Of a stretch of DNA of 64,000 nucleotides, positions 17,917 through 27,053 are shown one piece after another (position 1 is the first letter of the stretch; each line of letters begins with the position of its first letter). The position numbers were made by a program, and so were the translations under genes. The notes beneath the pieces are model-generated. The model saw nothing but the letters and a program-made list of their open reading frames with translations, was not told the origin of the DNA and ran no database searches. This stretch comes from Candidatus Woesearchaeota archaeon. Its GTDB lineage: Archaea > Nanobdellota > Nanobdellia > Pacearchaeales > GW2011-AR1. The stretch lies in contig CAZUTV010000001.1 in the NCBI GenBank assembly GCA_964623495.1, positions 116,454 through 180,453 on the forward strand, given 5' to 3'.

Positions 17917-18537
17917 ATGAAAGAAAATCCAAGCTTACCTGGAAGGCTCGTACGTGTGGATGGAACAAACTACCACATTCACGGACTAGTGCACGGAAAT
18001 CCCTTAATTAGGCTAACTCCCGAGTTTAAGCAAGAAGTCAACAAATCTCTATATGGATTAGAAGTTATATCTGAAGATGGTTTTTCAGAGTGGATAAATG
18101 GATCAAGATCTTTAAATGAATCAGAACATTTTGGGTACGATAGTTTAAGCTTATCAAAATTATTCTTTGCTTTAAGGAGTTATCTTCACAACAGATTTAT
18201 TTTAAGATCTCATAAAAGCCCGCTAGCAGTTAAAGTAAAAGAAATGAGGTCTGTTCAAGAATTAATTCTTATCCGAGAAGAATTATTTAGAACATATCCC
18301 CCTGAACCAGAAGGCATGAATTCGCTTCTTTCTACGAATAACAACGGAACCATAGATAGTCTGCATGGAAAACTCCCAAACAGAATAAAAAGGTATTTAT
18401 ACGAAGCAGGAGAATCCATAAGATATGCTCAAACAGAAAAGTTGCAAGACCTGCACATTGTAGTCGGATGTTCTCACGAATTGCCTCTAGAATATCTATT
18501 ACTACATCCCGAAATATTGGACCAACGTGAAGTTTAA
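17917..18537 (+). CDS. Hypothetical protein, possibly TraB/TIKI-like (GT.H...VVGxxH pattern)
   Basis: N-terminal VRVDGTNYHIHGLVHG and C-terminal HIVVGCSHELP resemble the two conserved His-containing motifs of TraB/GumN/TIKI-family putative proteases. Weak, by eye. Confidence 0.35.
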   Translation: MKENPSLPGRLVRVDGTNYHIHGLVHGNPLIRLTPEFKQEVNKSLYGLEVISEDGFSEWINGSRSLNESEHFGYDSLSLSKLFFALRSYLHNRFILRSHKSPLAVKVKEMRSVQELILIREELFRTYPPEPEGMNSLLSTNNNGTIDSLHGKLPNRIKRYLYEAGESIRYAQTEKLQDLHIVVGCSHELPLEYLLLHPEILDQREV

Positions 18538-18824
18538 GGGTTTGGATTCCACTTCTTAGTCTCTATTTTTTTAAGGCCAAACAAAAGATCCTTTGCCAGT
18601 TTTTTCTTTTCCTCAGATACCTCTTTCTTTAGTTTTTCGTTCCAATTTCTTTCCAGATATCTGAAAAAAGGAGTCATCCCTTGTCCAACCAAAGATCCAA
18701 TAATCACAGTCCTATTTGTCTTAGTAAGTTTTGAGAGATCGTCTATTATATCCAAGATCTCCACATTCATATCCAAAGATATCTTTTTCACATTTTCAAA
18801 TGGTTTTTGAGTTATTTTTTCCAT
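18534..18824 (-). CDS. Ribbon-helix-helix (CopG-like) DNA-binding protein (tentative)
   Basis: KKISLDMNVEILDIIDDLSKLTKTNRTVIIGSLV resembles the RHH beta-strand plus two-helix pattern. Convergent with and overlapping the end of the rSAM-island gene. Confidence 0.4.
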   Translation of the reverse strand: MEKITQKPFENVKKISLDMNVEILDIIDDLSKLTKTNRTVIIGSLVGQGMTPFFRYLERNWNEKLKKEVSEEKKKLAKDLLFGLKKIETKKWNPNP

Positions 18825-18908
18825 ATAAATATATTATTTCCATATTATTTAAATGTTGTGGTTCTCCCATTTCAAAACCTTTTTAATATAACTTCTTTTA
18901 TCATTCTT

Positions 18909-20660
18909 ATGACGCAAATAAAAACAATAAGACAACCAATTGTTACAGTCTGCGGACACGTAGATCACGGAAAGACAAGCATACTGGACAGTTTAAGGGA
19001 CACATGCATGGCTGACGAAGAAGCTGGAAGAATAACTCAAAAGATATCCTTTACATCTTATCCTATAAACCAGGTAAGAAAGGCCTGCCCGATAATTGAC
19101 CGGTCTGGAATTAAATTAGACATCCCAGGATTCTTATTAATAGACACCCCAGGACATGCTGCGTTCACAAACTTAAGGAAAAGAGGAGGGAGCTTAGCTG
19201 ATCTAGCAGTCCTTGTAATAGACATTAACGAAGGGATAAAGCCCCAAACCTCTGAAGTAATCCAAATTCTAAAATTGAATAAAACCCCCTTTCTTATTGC
19301 ATTAAATAAAATAGACAACGTCCAGGGCTGGAGAAGCGCCAGCAAGGATTTGGACCTAAAAGAAAGCATAGACACACAGCCCCAAAGAGTTAAAGAGATT
19401 TTCGCAGAAAAATACCTGACGCTGATAGCATCACTTCAAAGCTACGGATTTGATGCAGACCTATATTATAACATAAATGACTTCACAAAGAAAATTGCAT
19501 TAGTTCCTTGCTCTGCAAAAACTAAAGAAGGAATTCCTGAATTAATTATGATACTTTGCGGCTTAAGCCAGAGATATTTGACAAACAGGCTAACTCTGGG
19601 AAAAGATGCAAAAGGGGTTTTATTAGAGATAAAAAAAGAAAAGGCAACAAATTATATTGAAGCAATAATATATGACGGAGAGCTTTCAAAAAGCGATGAG
19701 ATAGCGGTATCTAATTTAGACGGCAAACCAACAATCACAAAAATAAGAGTTTTAGAAGAAATAGAACCCTTATGCAATAAATTCAAACCAAAAGAGAAGG
19801 TCAGTGCAGCTACCGGATTAAGAATTCAGTTTGCGGACAGACTGGAGATACTGCCAGGAATGCCATTTATAAAATTCAAAGGTAACAGGTCTGAAATTGA
19901 AAAACTATTCAAACAAGAGCTTACAGAAGCAATAAAAACAGATAAGCAAGGAATAATTGCAAAAGCAGACTCACTTGGAAGCCTGGAAGCATTGCTTGTT
20001 TTATTAAAACAAGCAAATATCCCGGTAATAAAGGCAGGCATAGGAAATATAAATAAAACAGATATAATTTCTGCCAAGGCAAATCTTGAAATTAACGAGC
20101 TGGACGCGATAATTGCAGGATTTAATATAGGAACAGATGAAGAGGCTGAGGAAATAAAAGGCAATGTAAAGATAATCACAGAGGATGTAATCTACAAGCT
20201 GATTGAAAACCTTGTTAAATTCAGGCAGGAAAAAGCCAAGGAAATTGAAAAGAAAAGATTAATGCAGCTAACAACCTTATGCAAACTTAAAATCCTCCAT
20301 CAGTATGTTTTCAGAAATACAAACCCCGCAATATTTGGGATTAGTGTTGAAACTGGAAAGATAATCCATGGGACAAGACTGATAAATGAAGGTAATGAAG
20401 AAATCGGAAGATTAAAGGCAATTCAATCAGAAAACAAATCAGTTGAAGAAGCAAACGAAGGAATGGAAGTTGCTATCTCGATTTCAGGGGCAAACTATGA
20501 AAGGCAGATAAAAAACCTAAAATTCCTGTATTCTGATCTGACAGAATCTCAGTTTAAAAATTTCAAGAAAAACAAAGATCTTTTATCTTCTAAAGAAACG
20601 GGCTTATTGCAGGAAATTGCAGAAATAAAACGCAAAACAAAATCTGATTGGGGAAACTAA
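18909..20660 (+). CDS. infB: Translation initiation factor aIF5B (IF-2 homologue)
   Basis: G1 VCGHVDHGKTSILD, G3 DTPGHAAF, G4 LNKID, C-terminal beta-barrel domains. Start chosen at the MTQIKTIRQP Met rather than the upstream extension. Confidence 0.9.
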   Translation: MTQIKTIRQPIVTVCGHVDHGKTSILDSLRDTCMADEEAGRITQKISFTSYPINQVRKACPIIDRSGIKLDIPGFLLIDTPGHAAFTNLRKRGGSLADLAVLVIDINEGIKPQTSEVIQILKLNKTPFLIALNKIDNVQGWRSASKDLDLKESIDTQPQRVKEIFAEKYLTLIASLQSYGFDADLYYNINDFTKKIALVPCSAKTKEGIPELIMILCGLSQRYLTNRLTLGKDAKGVLLEIKKEKATNYIEAIIYDGELSKSDEIAVSNLDGKPTITKIRVLEEIEPLCNKFKPKEKVSAATGLRIQFADRLEILPGMPFIKFKGNRSEIEKLFKQELTEAIKTDKQGIIAKADSLGSLEALLVLLKQANIPVIKAGIGNINKTDIISAKANLEINELDAIIAGFNIGTDEEAEEIKGNVKIITEDVIYKLIENLVKFRQEKAKEIEKKRLMQLTTLCKLKILHQYVFRNTNPAIFGISVETGKIIHGTRLINEGNEEIGRLKAIQSENKSVEEANEGMEVAISISGANYERQIKNLKFLYSDLTESQFKNFKKNKDLLSSKETGLLQEIAEIKRKTKSDWGN

Positions 20661-20926
20661 TTATCACTAAAAGGCCTTGAAGATCCCCTATGATTTACAA
20701 TTCCAATAATGGTAACTTTTTCACTAGGGTTTATGGGAACTCCGCATCCAGGGCAAGGAACATAATTTTCCTTACTAGGGCTCCTGCCTCCACCAATGTT
20801 AAATCCGGCCATGACCTTTGTAGCCAAACCTCCACAATCACACTTATCAGTACCAGAATCTTTCATGGACTTGCTTCTTTCATAAGTTGTCCCACAATCA
20901 ATGCAATTGTACACATAGGTTGGCAT
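20657..20926 (-). CDS. FmdB-family zinc-ribbon protein
   Basis: MPTYVYNCIDCGTTYE...CDCGG CxxC...CxxC pattern typical of FmdB/CxxC_CXXC_SSSS. Additional CPGCG. Confidence 0.6.
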   Translation of the reverse strand: MPTYVYNCIDCGTTYERSKSMKDSGTDKCDCGGLATKVMAGFNIGGGRSPSKENYVPCPGCGVPINPSEKVTIIGIVNHRGSSRPFSDN

Positions 20927-21003
20927 TTGGTCTAACTAAGATCCCCCTTAAAAATCTTTCTAAATCCAAAATCTTTATAAAACCCAATATCTTATAAAAA
21001 CAC

Positions 21004-22059
21004 ATGGAAAATAAAGGGGTTTTATCTATATCTTTGATTGTAATGTCAATCCTTGCTGTTTTTCTAGTGGGTTTCGTAATGGCCGAAGATAATAATAGTT
21101 TAGGTAATAACAATTCAGGGAACGACAACAACCAAACACCAAACAACAATTCCGATAATAATGCTACCTCCTGCACAGAAGATTCTGATTGTACAAGAGG
21201 CTATGAATGCGAAGATGGCTTATGTGTTTTGGATGACGATGATGAGGAGGAAAATGAAACAGATGACGATTCTGATGACAATGAAGAAAACGAAACATCA
21301 TGTGAATGGAGATGCGGGGGTTGGTCTACATGTGCAAATAACAGCCAGACAAGAACCTGTGAAAATCCCATGAACTGCACAAGCCAAACACCTAAGTTAA
21401 GTAGATACTGCGCACAAAGAGATAAAGTTTGCTGCAAGTCAACAGAGATTGATGAAGATAACGAGACTAAAATAGAATATGAATATGAAGACCGATCTTC
21501 CTGTGTAAGTGAAGAAGGAGAAACAAAAGAAATTGTTGAAAAATCTCTTTGCATGAACAGGATAAGGGAAGAGTGTGATTACGACTCCGTAAAAGACCGG
21601 GTAAAATGCAGACTCGAAAACAGAAACAGGTTTGCAAACTTTTCAGAGTCTAATGAAACCTGTGAGGGATTGAGAAACAAAGGACTGTGTGTTGCGCTAT
21701 ATGTTCGGTCACAAAACTGTTTTAAGTTTGAAGAAGGAGAGAAAAAAGACCGATGCTTCAAGCAGGTCGCTGAATTCAGGCAGCACCAATTAAATAAGGA
21801 AGTAAATGAAAGCACAAACCAAACAAAAGCAAAAGAGAAAGTAAGGACTTACATGGTGTTGGTTTTGGAAAACCTACAAAAAAGAGCTGAGAAGGCTGTC
21901 GAGAATGGCAAGCTAACTTCATTGCAAGGAGCTAACATAATTGAGAGAATAGTTGAACTAAAGCAATCTCTACTAAATGAGGAAGATAAAGAAACAATTA
22001 GATTACAGATTCAAGAACTAAAAAACCTATGGAAGGTGCAGAGACTAGAAAATGAATAA
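21004..22059 (+). CDS. Secreted Cys-rich protein with Asn/Asp/Glu low-complexity region and conserved EWRCGGWSTC...TRTCENPMNCT module
   Basis: Signal/TM LSISLIVMSILAVFLVGFVMA. Cys module shared with ORF 27054..28217, including a 33-nt identical DNA stretch. Confidence 0.5.
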   Translation: MENKGVLSISLIVMSILAVFLVGFVMAEDNNSLGNNNSGNDNNQTPNNNSDNNATSCTEDSDCTRGYECEDGLCVLDDDDEEENETDDDSDDNEENETSCEWRCGGWSTCANNSQTRTCENPMNCTSQTPKLSRYCAQRDKVCCKSTEIDEDNETKIEYEYEDRSSCVSEEGETKEIVEKSLCMNRIREECDYDSVKDRVKCRLENRNRFANFSESNETCEGLRNKGLCVALYVRSQNCFKFEEGEKKDRCFKQVAEFRQHQLNKEVNESTNQTKAKEKVRTYMVLVLENLQKRAEKAVENGKLTSLQGANIIERIVELKQSLLNEEDKETIRLQIQELKNLWKVQRLENE

Positions 22060-22086
22060 ACTTTCATCAGAGGCAGAGAGAGAAAG

Positions 22087-22332
22087 TTGGCTCGGATGCA
22101 GGATAAAAACCCGCAGGTGGTTTTTAAAATGAATAAGAAGTTGATTTGGACTATTACAATTGCAGTATTAGTTATACTTTTCATATTCTTAATAGTAAAT
22201 AATAGTGATAAAACTCCCAGTGAAGAGGAAGGGGGGGATCTCCCAGACACAGACAAAGTGCAATACAACGCACTAGCCACATCAAGCGATGATTTCCAAG
22301 CATTAGAAGAAGCAGTTAATCAGTTGGGATAA
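22087..22332 (+). CDS. Small membrane-anchored protein (hypothetical)
   Basis: Single TM helix IWTITIAVLVILFIFLIV, acidic C-terminus. Confidence 0.3.
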   Translation: MARMQDKNPQVVFKMNKKLIWTITIAVLVILFIFLIVNNSDKTPSEEEGGDLPDTDKVQYNALATSSDDFQALEEAVNQLG

Positions 22333-22398
22333 TTCTTAGATGATATCTATTCTTAAGCAGAATTAATCTTTTAAGCGTTCTTTTCTCTTTGAAGCTTA

Positions 22399-22749
22399 AT
22401 GACTGAACAATTAATAAGAAAAATATATAGATTGCTTCTAAAATATATAAATTCGGAGGTTTCTAGTAGAGCAGTAGGAATTAGAAACCCAGATTATGAA
22501 GCCCAAGGAAAAGGAGATTTAGGGAGAATAGCTATAAGGACCGGCCTCTCAATAGATAAGCTTGTGAAGGAGGGGGTAGAATATGCATATCTTGAATCTG
22601 AATTTGAAACTCAAACCCAAAACCCAACCAGAACAACTCCTGAAATTGGAAGACTATTAGTATCAAAAGACGGCCAAAGGTACTCAATCTCAATAGCCAG
22701 AAAGGATACAACCATGCCTTATATGATTAATGTTTCTAGACAAGTATAA
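22399..22749 (+). CDS. Hypothetical protein
   Basis: 116-aa ORF. No motif recognised. Confidence 0.35.
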   Translation: MTEQLIRKIYRLLLKYINSEVSSRAVGIRNPDYEAQGKGDLGRIAIRTGLSIDKLVKEGVEYAYLESEFETQTQNPTRTTPEIGRLLVSKDGQRYSISIARKDTTMPYMINVSRQV

Positions 22750-22793
22750 ACAAAACCTTTTTAAGCTAAATTTTACCTAATCTATAATATAAC

Positions 22794-23273
22794 ATGTTCA
22801 AAATTAATATATCTACAAAAGAAGGAAAAACCTACAAGCTGGAACTAGAAAGCGAAGCGCTTACTGAAAAAGAACTTCATTCAAAAATCCCGGGAAATGA
22901 TTTGCTTCCTGCATTAGACGGCTATGAATTGGAGATTACAGGAGCAAGTGACAAAGCAGGTTTTCCTGCAGTTGAAGAGGTTGAAGGTGTTGGACTAAAA
23001 AAAGTTTTGCTAAAATACGGAAAAGCTATGAAAAACAGGCCAAGAAAATTTGGGAAGAAAAAAAGGTCAAAAAACAAACCAAAAGGCCTAAGATTGAGAA
23101 AAACAGTAAGGGGAAAGGTTATCTCTCCGGACATTATTCAAATTAATTTAAAAGTAATTAAGGAAGGGAAAAAAAGCCTTCAAGAGATATTCCCAGAGCA
23201 AAACAAGCCAAAGGAAAAAGTCAAATGGCAGCCTCCAAAGCCTGCAGAAGCTCCGGCAGAACCTGCGCAATAA
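22794..23273 (+). CDS. rps6e: 30S ribosomal protein eS6 (S6e) with Lys/Pro-rich C-terminal extension
   Basis: GYELEITGASDKAGFP...RKTVRGKVISPDIIQINLKVIKEG matches archaeal S6e (GYKLKITGGSDKDGFPM...RRKTVRGN.IS.DIVQIN). Confidence 0.8.
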   Translation: MFKINISTKEGKTYKLELESEALTEKELHSKIPGNDLLPALDGYELEITGASDKAGFPAVEEVEGVGLKKVLLKYGKAMKNRPRKFGKKKRSKNKPKGLRLRKTVRGKVISPDIIQINLKVIKEGKKSLQEIFPEQNKPKEKVKWQPPKPAEAPAEPAQ

Positions 23274-23341
23274 TTGATACTTCTTATCAGTAACAACAAA
23301 ATAGAAACATTTATAAACCTCTAATTTCTAAGCAAAATACA

Positions 23342-23551
23342 ATGACAAATGAGGATTATTCAAGACTTGCAATAGAAGACGCTTATGATAATTTAGTTGC
23401 AACACGAACACCAAATCCTAGAAGCAATCAAACACTAACATACGAATGCGGACGCTGCGGGCAAAGTGTCGGTGATTTAGTTGCTCACCAGGATGTTTTT
23501 CACCCAGATGTTGTTCAAGCAAGAAACTTAAGCTTAACAAGAAAAAGATAA
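23342..23551 (+). CDS. Small hypothetical protein with CGRCG motif
   Basis: 69-aa ORF; YECGRCGQSVGDLVAHQ. Uncertain. Confidence 0.3.
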   Translation: MTNEDYSRLAIEDAYDNLVATRTPNPRSNQTLTYECGRCGQSVGDLVAHQDVFHPDVVQARNLSLTRKR

Positions 23552-23552
23552 A

Positions 23553-23900
23553 ATGAGGACATTAAAAAGAGTGTTCATTAACACAACATTAATTGCAACA
23601 GGATTATTATTTGTTCCACCCATAGTAGAATCTCTCTTTGATAAGCCAATTAAACAAACAAGTGCAGAACAAAGACCATTGACTACCCAAGATATTCAAA
23701 CTGCAAACTGGTTAAAATATGAGGGCAACAAGGAAAGAAGAGATCCAAGTTACAAATTCTTTAGTTTTGAAAATGTTCCGCAGAGAATAGGTAATGAAAA
23801 TACCTATGTTAGAGAAGTTGAACAAAGAAATTATGGGGCAGCAGATAGTTTGTGGGAATATCCAGACCTAGACGGAAACGGAATAGTTAAATCAAGATAA
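23553..23900 (+). CDS. Small secreted hypothetical protein
   Basis: N-terminal signal-like segment TLIATGLLFVPPIV. Confidence 0.3.
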   Translation: MRTLKRVFINTTLIATGLLFVPPIVESLFDKPIKQTSAEQRPLTTQDIQTANWLKYEGNKERRDPSYKFFSFENVPQRIGNENTYVREVEQRNYGAADSLWEYPDLDGNGIVKSR

Positions 23901-24593
23901 TTATCTTTCTTTCAAAAAATCATAAAATCTCATTCCTTTAATTTTTTCTAAATCTTCTTGAGAAACATCCACATTAGGGAGATGATAATAAACCATAGTT
24001 CCTTCATCCATAAAGCCAGTTGTTCCATGCGAATCAAGAATAAATCTCTTAAATCCCTGTCCGCCATCAGGCCTAATCTGCCTCCTAGATAAAGACTCAA
24101 GAGCTCTTAAAACAACTCTAACAGCCATGCTAGGAGAATAAATTGAAGGTCTTCTTTTAGTCAATAACTGAATTTGTTCTGGATCCTTTTCAACCAGCTC
24201 TGTTGCAAGGATGTCTTCATTCTTACGAATAACTTTAGAATAATTAAATCCTCCCCCTCCATCTCTAACATGAATCAAAACGTCAGAAGGATAAAAATCT
24301 CTCCCAACAATAACATGTTCATACGGAAAGCCCTTATTTCCCCATTCTGCAGCATTCCTCACCATCTCAAGTTCAGCACTTTCAAGCCATTCTGCAATAG
24401 TATGGTGCTCATTTATTCTTCTGTCTCCGAAAACTCCAGAATAAACTTGCATTAAGTATCTTTGATAAGCAGACGTATCCTCTCCTTCTTGCGCATAAAA
24501 ACGCCTCAAATCAGAACCAAAAGCCTCTGAATGAGTATATAATGGATCTCCTAATTCTGCCTTAATTTCCCATAATGATTTATCAGAAATCAT
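23901..24593 (-). CDS. GHKL/histidine-kinase-like ATPase domain protein (RsbW/SpoIIAB-like serine kinase fold), tentative
   Basis: LEMVRNAAEWGNKG (N-box-like E..NA..HG) followed by VLIHVRDGGGGF (G1 box D.G.G). GC elevated relative to flanks. Start overlaps the stop of the upstream HicA-domain gene. Confidence 0.5.
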   Translation of the reverse strand: MISDKSLWEIKAELGDPLYTHSEAFGSDLRRFYAQEGEDTSAYQRYLMQVYSGVFGDRRINEHHTIAEWLESAELEMVRNAAEWGNKGFPYEHVIVGRDFYPSDVLIHVRDGGGGFNYSKVIRKNEDILATELVEKDPEQIQLLTKRRPSIYSPSMAVRVVLRALESLSRRQIRPDGGQGFKRFILDSHGTTGFMDEGTMVYYHLPNVDVSQEDLEKIKGMRFYDFLKER

Positions 24594-24594
24594 C

Positions 24595-24951
24595 TTAATC
24601 CTCTCTGTTGATGCCTAAAAGACGCAGGATATTTTTAAGGGTCCCAGGACGAACATCTTCATTATCATTTCTGTGTGGAACTGCGGCTGTTCTGCCATCG
24701 GGCATTTCATAGATTTTATGGGCAGAACTTCTAACTAATCTACCCCCATGGCTTTGAATTAATCTTCTAAGATCTCTAACCTTCATTGGTTTAAACCCCC
24801 CAAAGAAAACAACATTGTCCAGATAAGAATCATTTCTTCTCTCTCTTAAACCTTCAAAATCTATTCCAGCATAAGCTGGCTGGTAGCTTGCAAAGTAATC
24901 TAAGAATTTTTCTCTTACTGAATTGTAAATTTCTATTATTGCCTGTCTCAT
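24595..24951 (-). CDS. HicA-domain (YcfA-like) protein with ~55-aa N-terminal extension
   Basis: C-terminal KVRDLRRLIQSHGGRLVRSSAHKIYEMPDGRTAAVPHRNDNEDVRPGTLKNILRLLGI closely follows the HicA mRNA-interferase pattern (..GSH..y..p.g..ttvPhH.kdl..GtlksIl.qaGl). Confidence 0.6.
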   Translation of the reverse strand: MRQAIIEIYNSVREKFLDYFASYQPAYAGIDFEGLRERRNDSYLDNVVFFGGFKPMKVRDLRRLIQSHGGRLVRSSAHKIYEMPDGRTAAVPHRNDNEDVRPGTLKNILRLLGINRED

Positions 24952-25044
24952 TTTCTATATCACTTTTCAGTAGTTACTATTTATAAAGGTTTCTAAAATG
25001 GCTTTAAAAGAACATTTTAAAAACTTACCAAAGCATCTGTTTAA

Positions 25045-26262
25045 ATGGCAAAGACAGAAACAAAACAAGAAGCAAAAGAGATTCCAGAAATAAATGTCGG
25101 AGTAGTTGGGCACATAGATCACGGCAAAACAACACTTTTAAGCAAGCTGACCGGAAAATTCACAGACACTCATTCAGAAGAGCTAAAAAGAGGAATCACA
25201 ATAAAGCTTGGTTATGCTGATGCTACGATTTACAAAAAAGACAATGTTTTTTCAACAAAAAAAGAGCCTGGAGCTGTTCCTGTAAGATACATAAGCTTTA
25301 TTGATGCGCCCGGTCACGAGATGCTTATGGCAACAATGCTTTCTGGAGCTGCAATAATTGATGCTGCAATTCTTGTTATTGCGGCAAACGAAGGAATAAA
25401 ACCCCAAACCAAAGAGCATTTCATGGCCTTGCAGGCAAAGAAAATAAAGAACATTATAATAATCCAAAACAAAATTGACCTTGTAAACAAAGAGCAGGCG
25501 CTAAAAAACTATAAAGAAATAAAGGAATTTGTCAAAGGAAGCCTGGCAGAAAACTCCCCAATAATTCCGATTTCTGCGCAGCAGGAAATAAACATTGACA
25601 GGCTTCTTGAAAAACTCTGCAAGATAGAAATTCAAAAAAAAGACTCTGCAAGCTTTCCTCTTTTCCTAATAGCGAGAAGTTTCGACATAAACAAGCCAGG
25701 GACAAAACTCCAAAACATAAAAGGGGGGGTTCTTGGAGGAGTTTTAAAGCAAGGAAAGTTAAAAGTTGGCCAGGAGATTGAAATAAAGCCCGGATTAAAC
25801 TATGTGAAGGCAAATCAAAGAGTTTACGAGACAATAACTGCAAAAATCCTCTCGCTGCATAAAGGAAATCAAACACTTGAAGAAGTTTATCCTGGTCCAA
25901 GCATCTCAATAGAAACTTCGTTAGACCCAACACTAACAAAAACAGATTCCCTGACAGGATGCTTAGTCTCTTCAAAAGGAAATCTACCTGAAATAACACA
26001 CAAGGTAAAAATAAAATCAAGGATTTTCGGAGAAGTTCTAGGCAGTGAAAAGAGCCAGAAGGTAGACCCAATAAAGACAAAAGAACTTTTGATGCTAAAC
26101 ATAAACACAACAATAACTGTAGGCAGCGTTGAAAAAATCTCTGGAAATGAATTAGAGCTTGCATTAAATATTCCTATAGTCCCTTTAAAAGGCGAAAACG
26201 TCGGAATTGCCAGAAACATTAACGGCCACTGGAGGTTAATCGGCTGGGGCGAGATAATCTAA
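25045..26262 (+). CDS. eif2g: Translation initiation factor aIF2 gamma subunit
   Basis: NVGVVGHIDHGKTTL, DAPGHE, NKID, zinc-knuckle-lacking EF-Tu-like domains II/III. The long antisense ORFs inside it are spurious. Confidence 0.9.
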   Translation: MAKTETKQEAKEIPEINVGVVGHIDHGKTTLLSKLTGKFTDTHSEELKRGITIKLGYADATIYKKDNVFSTKKEPGAVPVRYISFIDAPGHEMLMATMLSGAAIIDAAILVIAANEGIKPQTKEHFMALQAKKIKNIIIIQNKIDLVNKEQALKNYKEIKEFVKGSLAENSPIIPISAQQEINIDRLLEKLCKIEIQKKDSASFPLFLIARSFDINKPGTKLQNIKGGVLGGVLKQGKLKVGQEIEIKPGLNYVKANQRVYETITAKILSLHKGNQTLEEVYPGPSISIETSLDPTLTKTDSLTGCLVSSKGNLPEITHKVKIKSRIFGEVLGSEKSQKVDPIKTKELLMLNINTTITVGSVEKISGNELELALNIPIVPLKGENVGIARNINGHWRLIGWGEII

Positions 26263-26344
26263 TAAGGGGAAAATTCTTTAACAATTAAACAGGACAAGAT
26301 CTATCATAAATAAGGTTTAAAAAACAGAAAAATCTTAATACAAA

Positions 26345-27022
26345 ATGATCCCAAAACATGTTGCAATAATCCCTGACGGAAACAGAAGATGGGCCAAAAA
26401 AAGGGGAATCCCAATAAGCCTGGTTTATAAGATTTCTGGAGACTATCAACGGGCTAAGAAAAAGGCAGAAGAAGCAAAAAAACTCGGGATAAAATGCCTT
26501 TCAATATGGGCCTTTTCAACAGAGAATTGGAAAAGGGATGAAAAAGAAATAAAATCAACATTTGAAACAATAAACAATTTTCTTGATTTAATGATAAAAA
26601 ATGTAAAAGACGACAAAATCGGATTTAGATGGATTGGGAGGAGCGATAGAATCCCAAAAAATACCTTAAAAAAATTAATTGAACTTGAAGCAAAAACAAA
26701 GAAATACCGGACTTTTACACTTGTGCTTGGGATAGATTATGGAGGAAGAGACGAATTAATAAGATCCATAAACAAGGCAATACAAAATAAAAAAACAATC
26801 AATGAGAAATCTTTTCAAAATTTTCTTGACACAAAAAATCTTCCTGATCCGGATCTAATAATTAGGACAGGAGGGGAGAAACGTCTTTCAGGACTGATGC
26901 CTTTCCAAGCAACCTATGCAGAGCTATACTTCACAGATAAATTTTTTCCTGAATTTGAAATAGAAGACTTAAAGAAAGCAGTAAAAGATTTTGAAAACAG
27001 AAAAAGAAATTTCGGAAAGTAA
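26345..27022 (+). CDS. uppS: Undecaprenyl/cis-prenyl diphosphate synthase (cis-IPTase)
   Basis: HVAIIPDGNRRWA, SIWAFSTENWKR, IRTGGEKRLSGLMPFQATYAELYF. Confidence 0.85.
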   Translation: MIPKHVAIIPDGNRRWAKKRGIPISLVYKISGDYQRAKKKAEEAKKLGIKCLSIWAFSTENWKRDEKEIKSTFETINNFLDLMIKNVKDDKIGFRWIGRSDRIPKNTLKKLIELEAKTKKYRTFTLVLGIDYGGRDELIRSINKAIQNKKTINEKSFQNFLDTKNLPDPDLIIRTGGEKRLSGLMPFQATYAELYFTDKFFPEFEIEDLKKAVKDFENRKRNFGK

Positions 27023-27053
27023 GGCTTATAAATCTAAAAAAACTGTCTTTAAG

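Noticed and set aside
18807-18908. Upstream N-terminal extensions of aIF5B (18807), the Cys-rich paralogue (26991), CutA (38400) and eL24 (41075) given by the longest-ORF track
   Set aside because: Each extension overlaps the preceding gene and lacks conserved N-terminal motifs. Internal Met start codons coincide with the conserved protein start or a signal peptide, so shorter coordinates were used.
25252-26219. Long antisense ORFs (210 aa, 110 aa, 71 aa) inside the aIF2-gamma gene, Leu/Phe/Ser-rich
   Set aside because: They lie opposite a confidently identified conserved gene and have low-complexity, motif-free translations typical of the reverse frame of an AT-rich gene. Treated as spurious.
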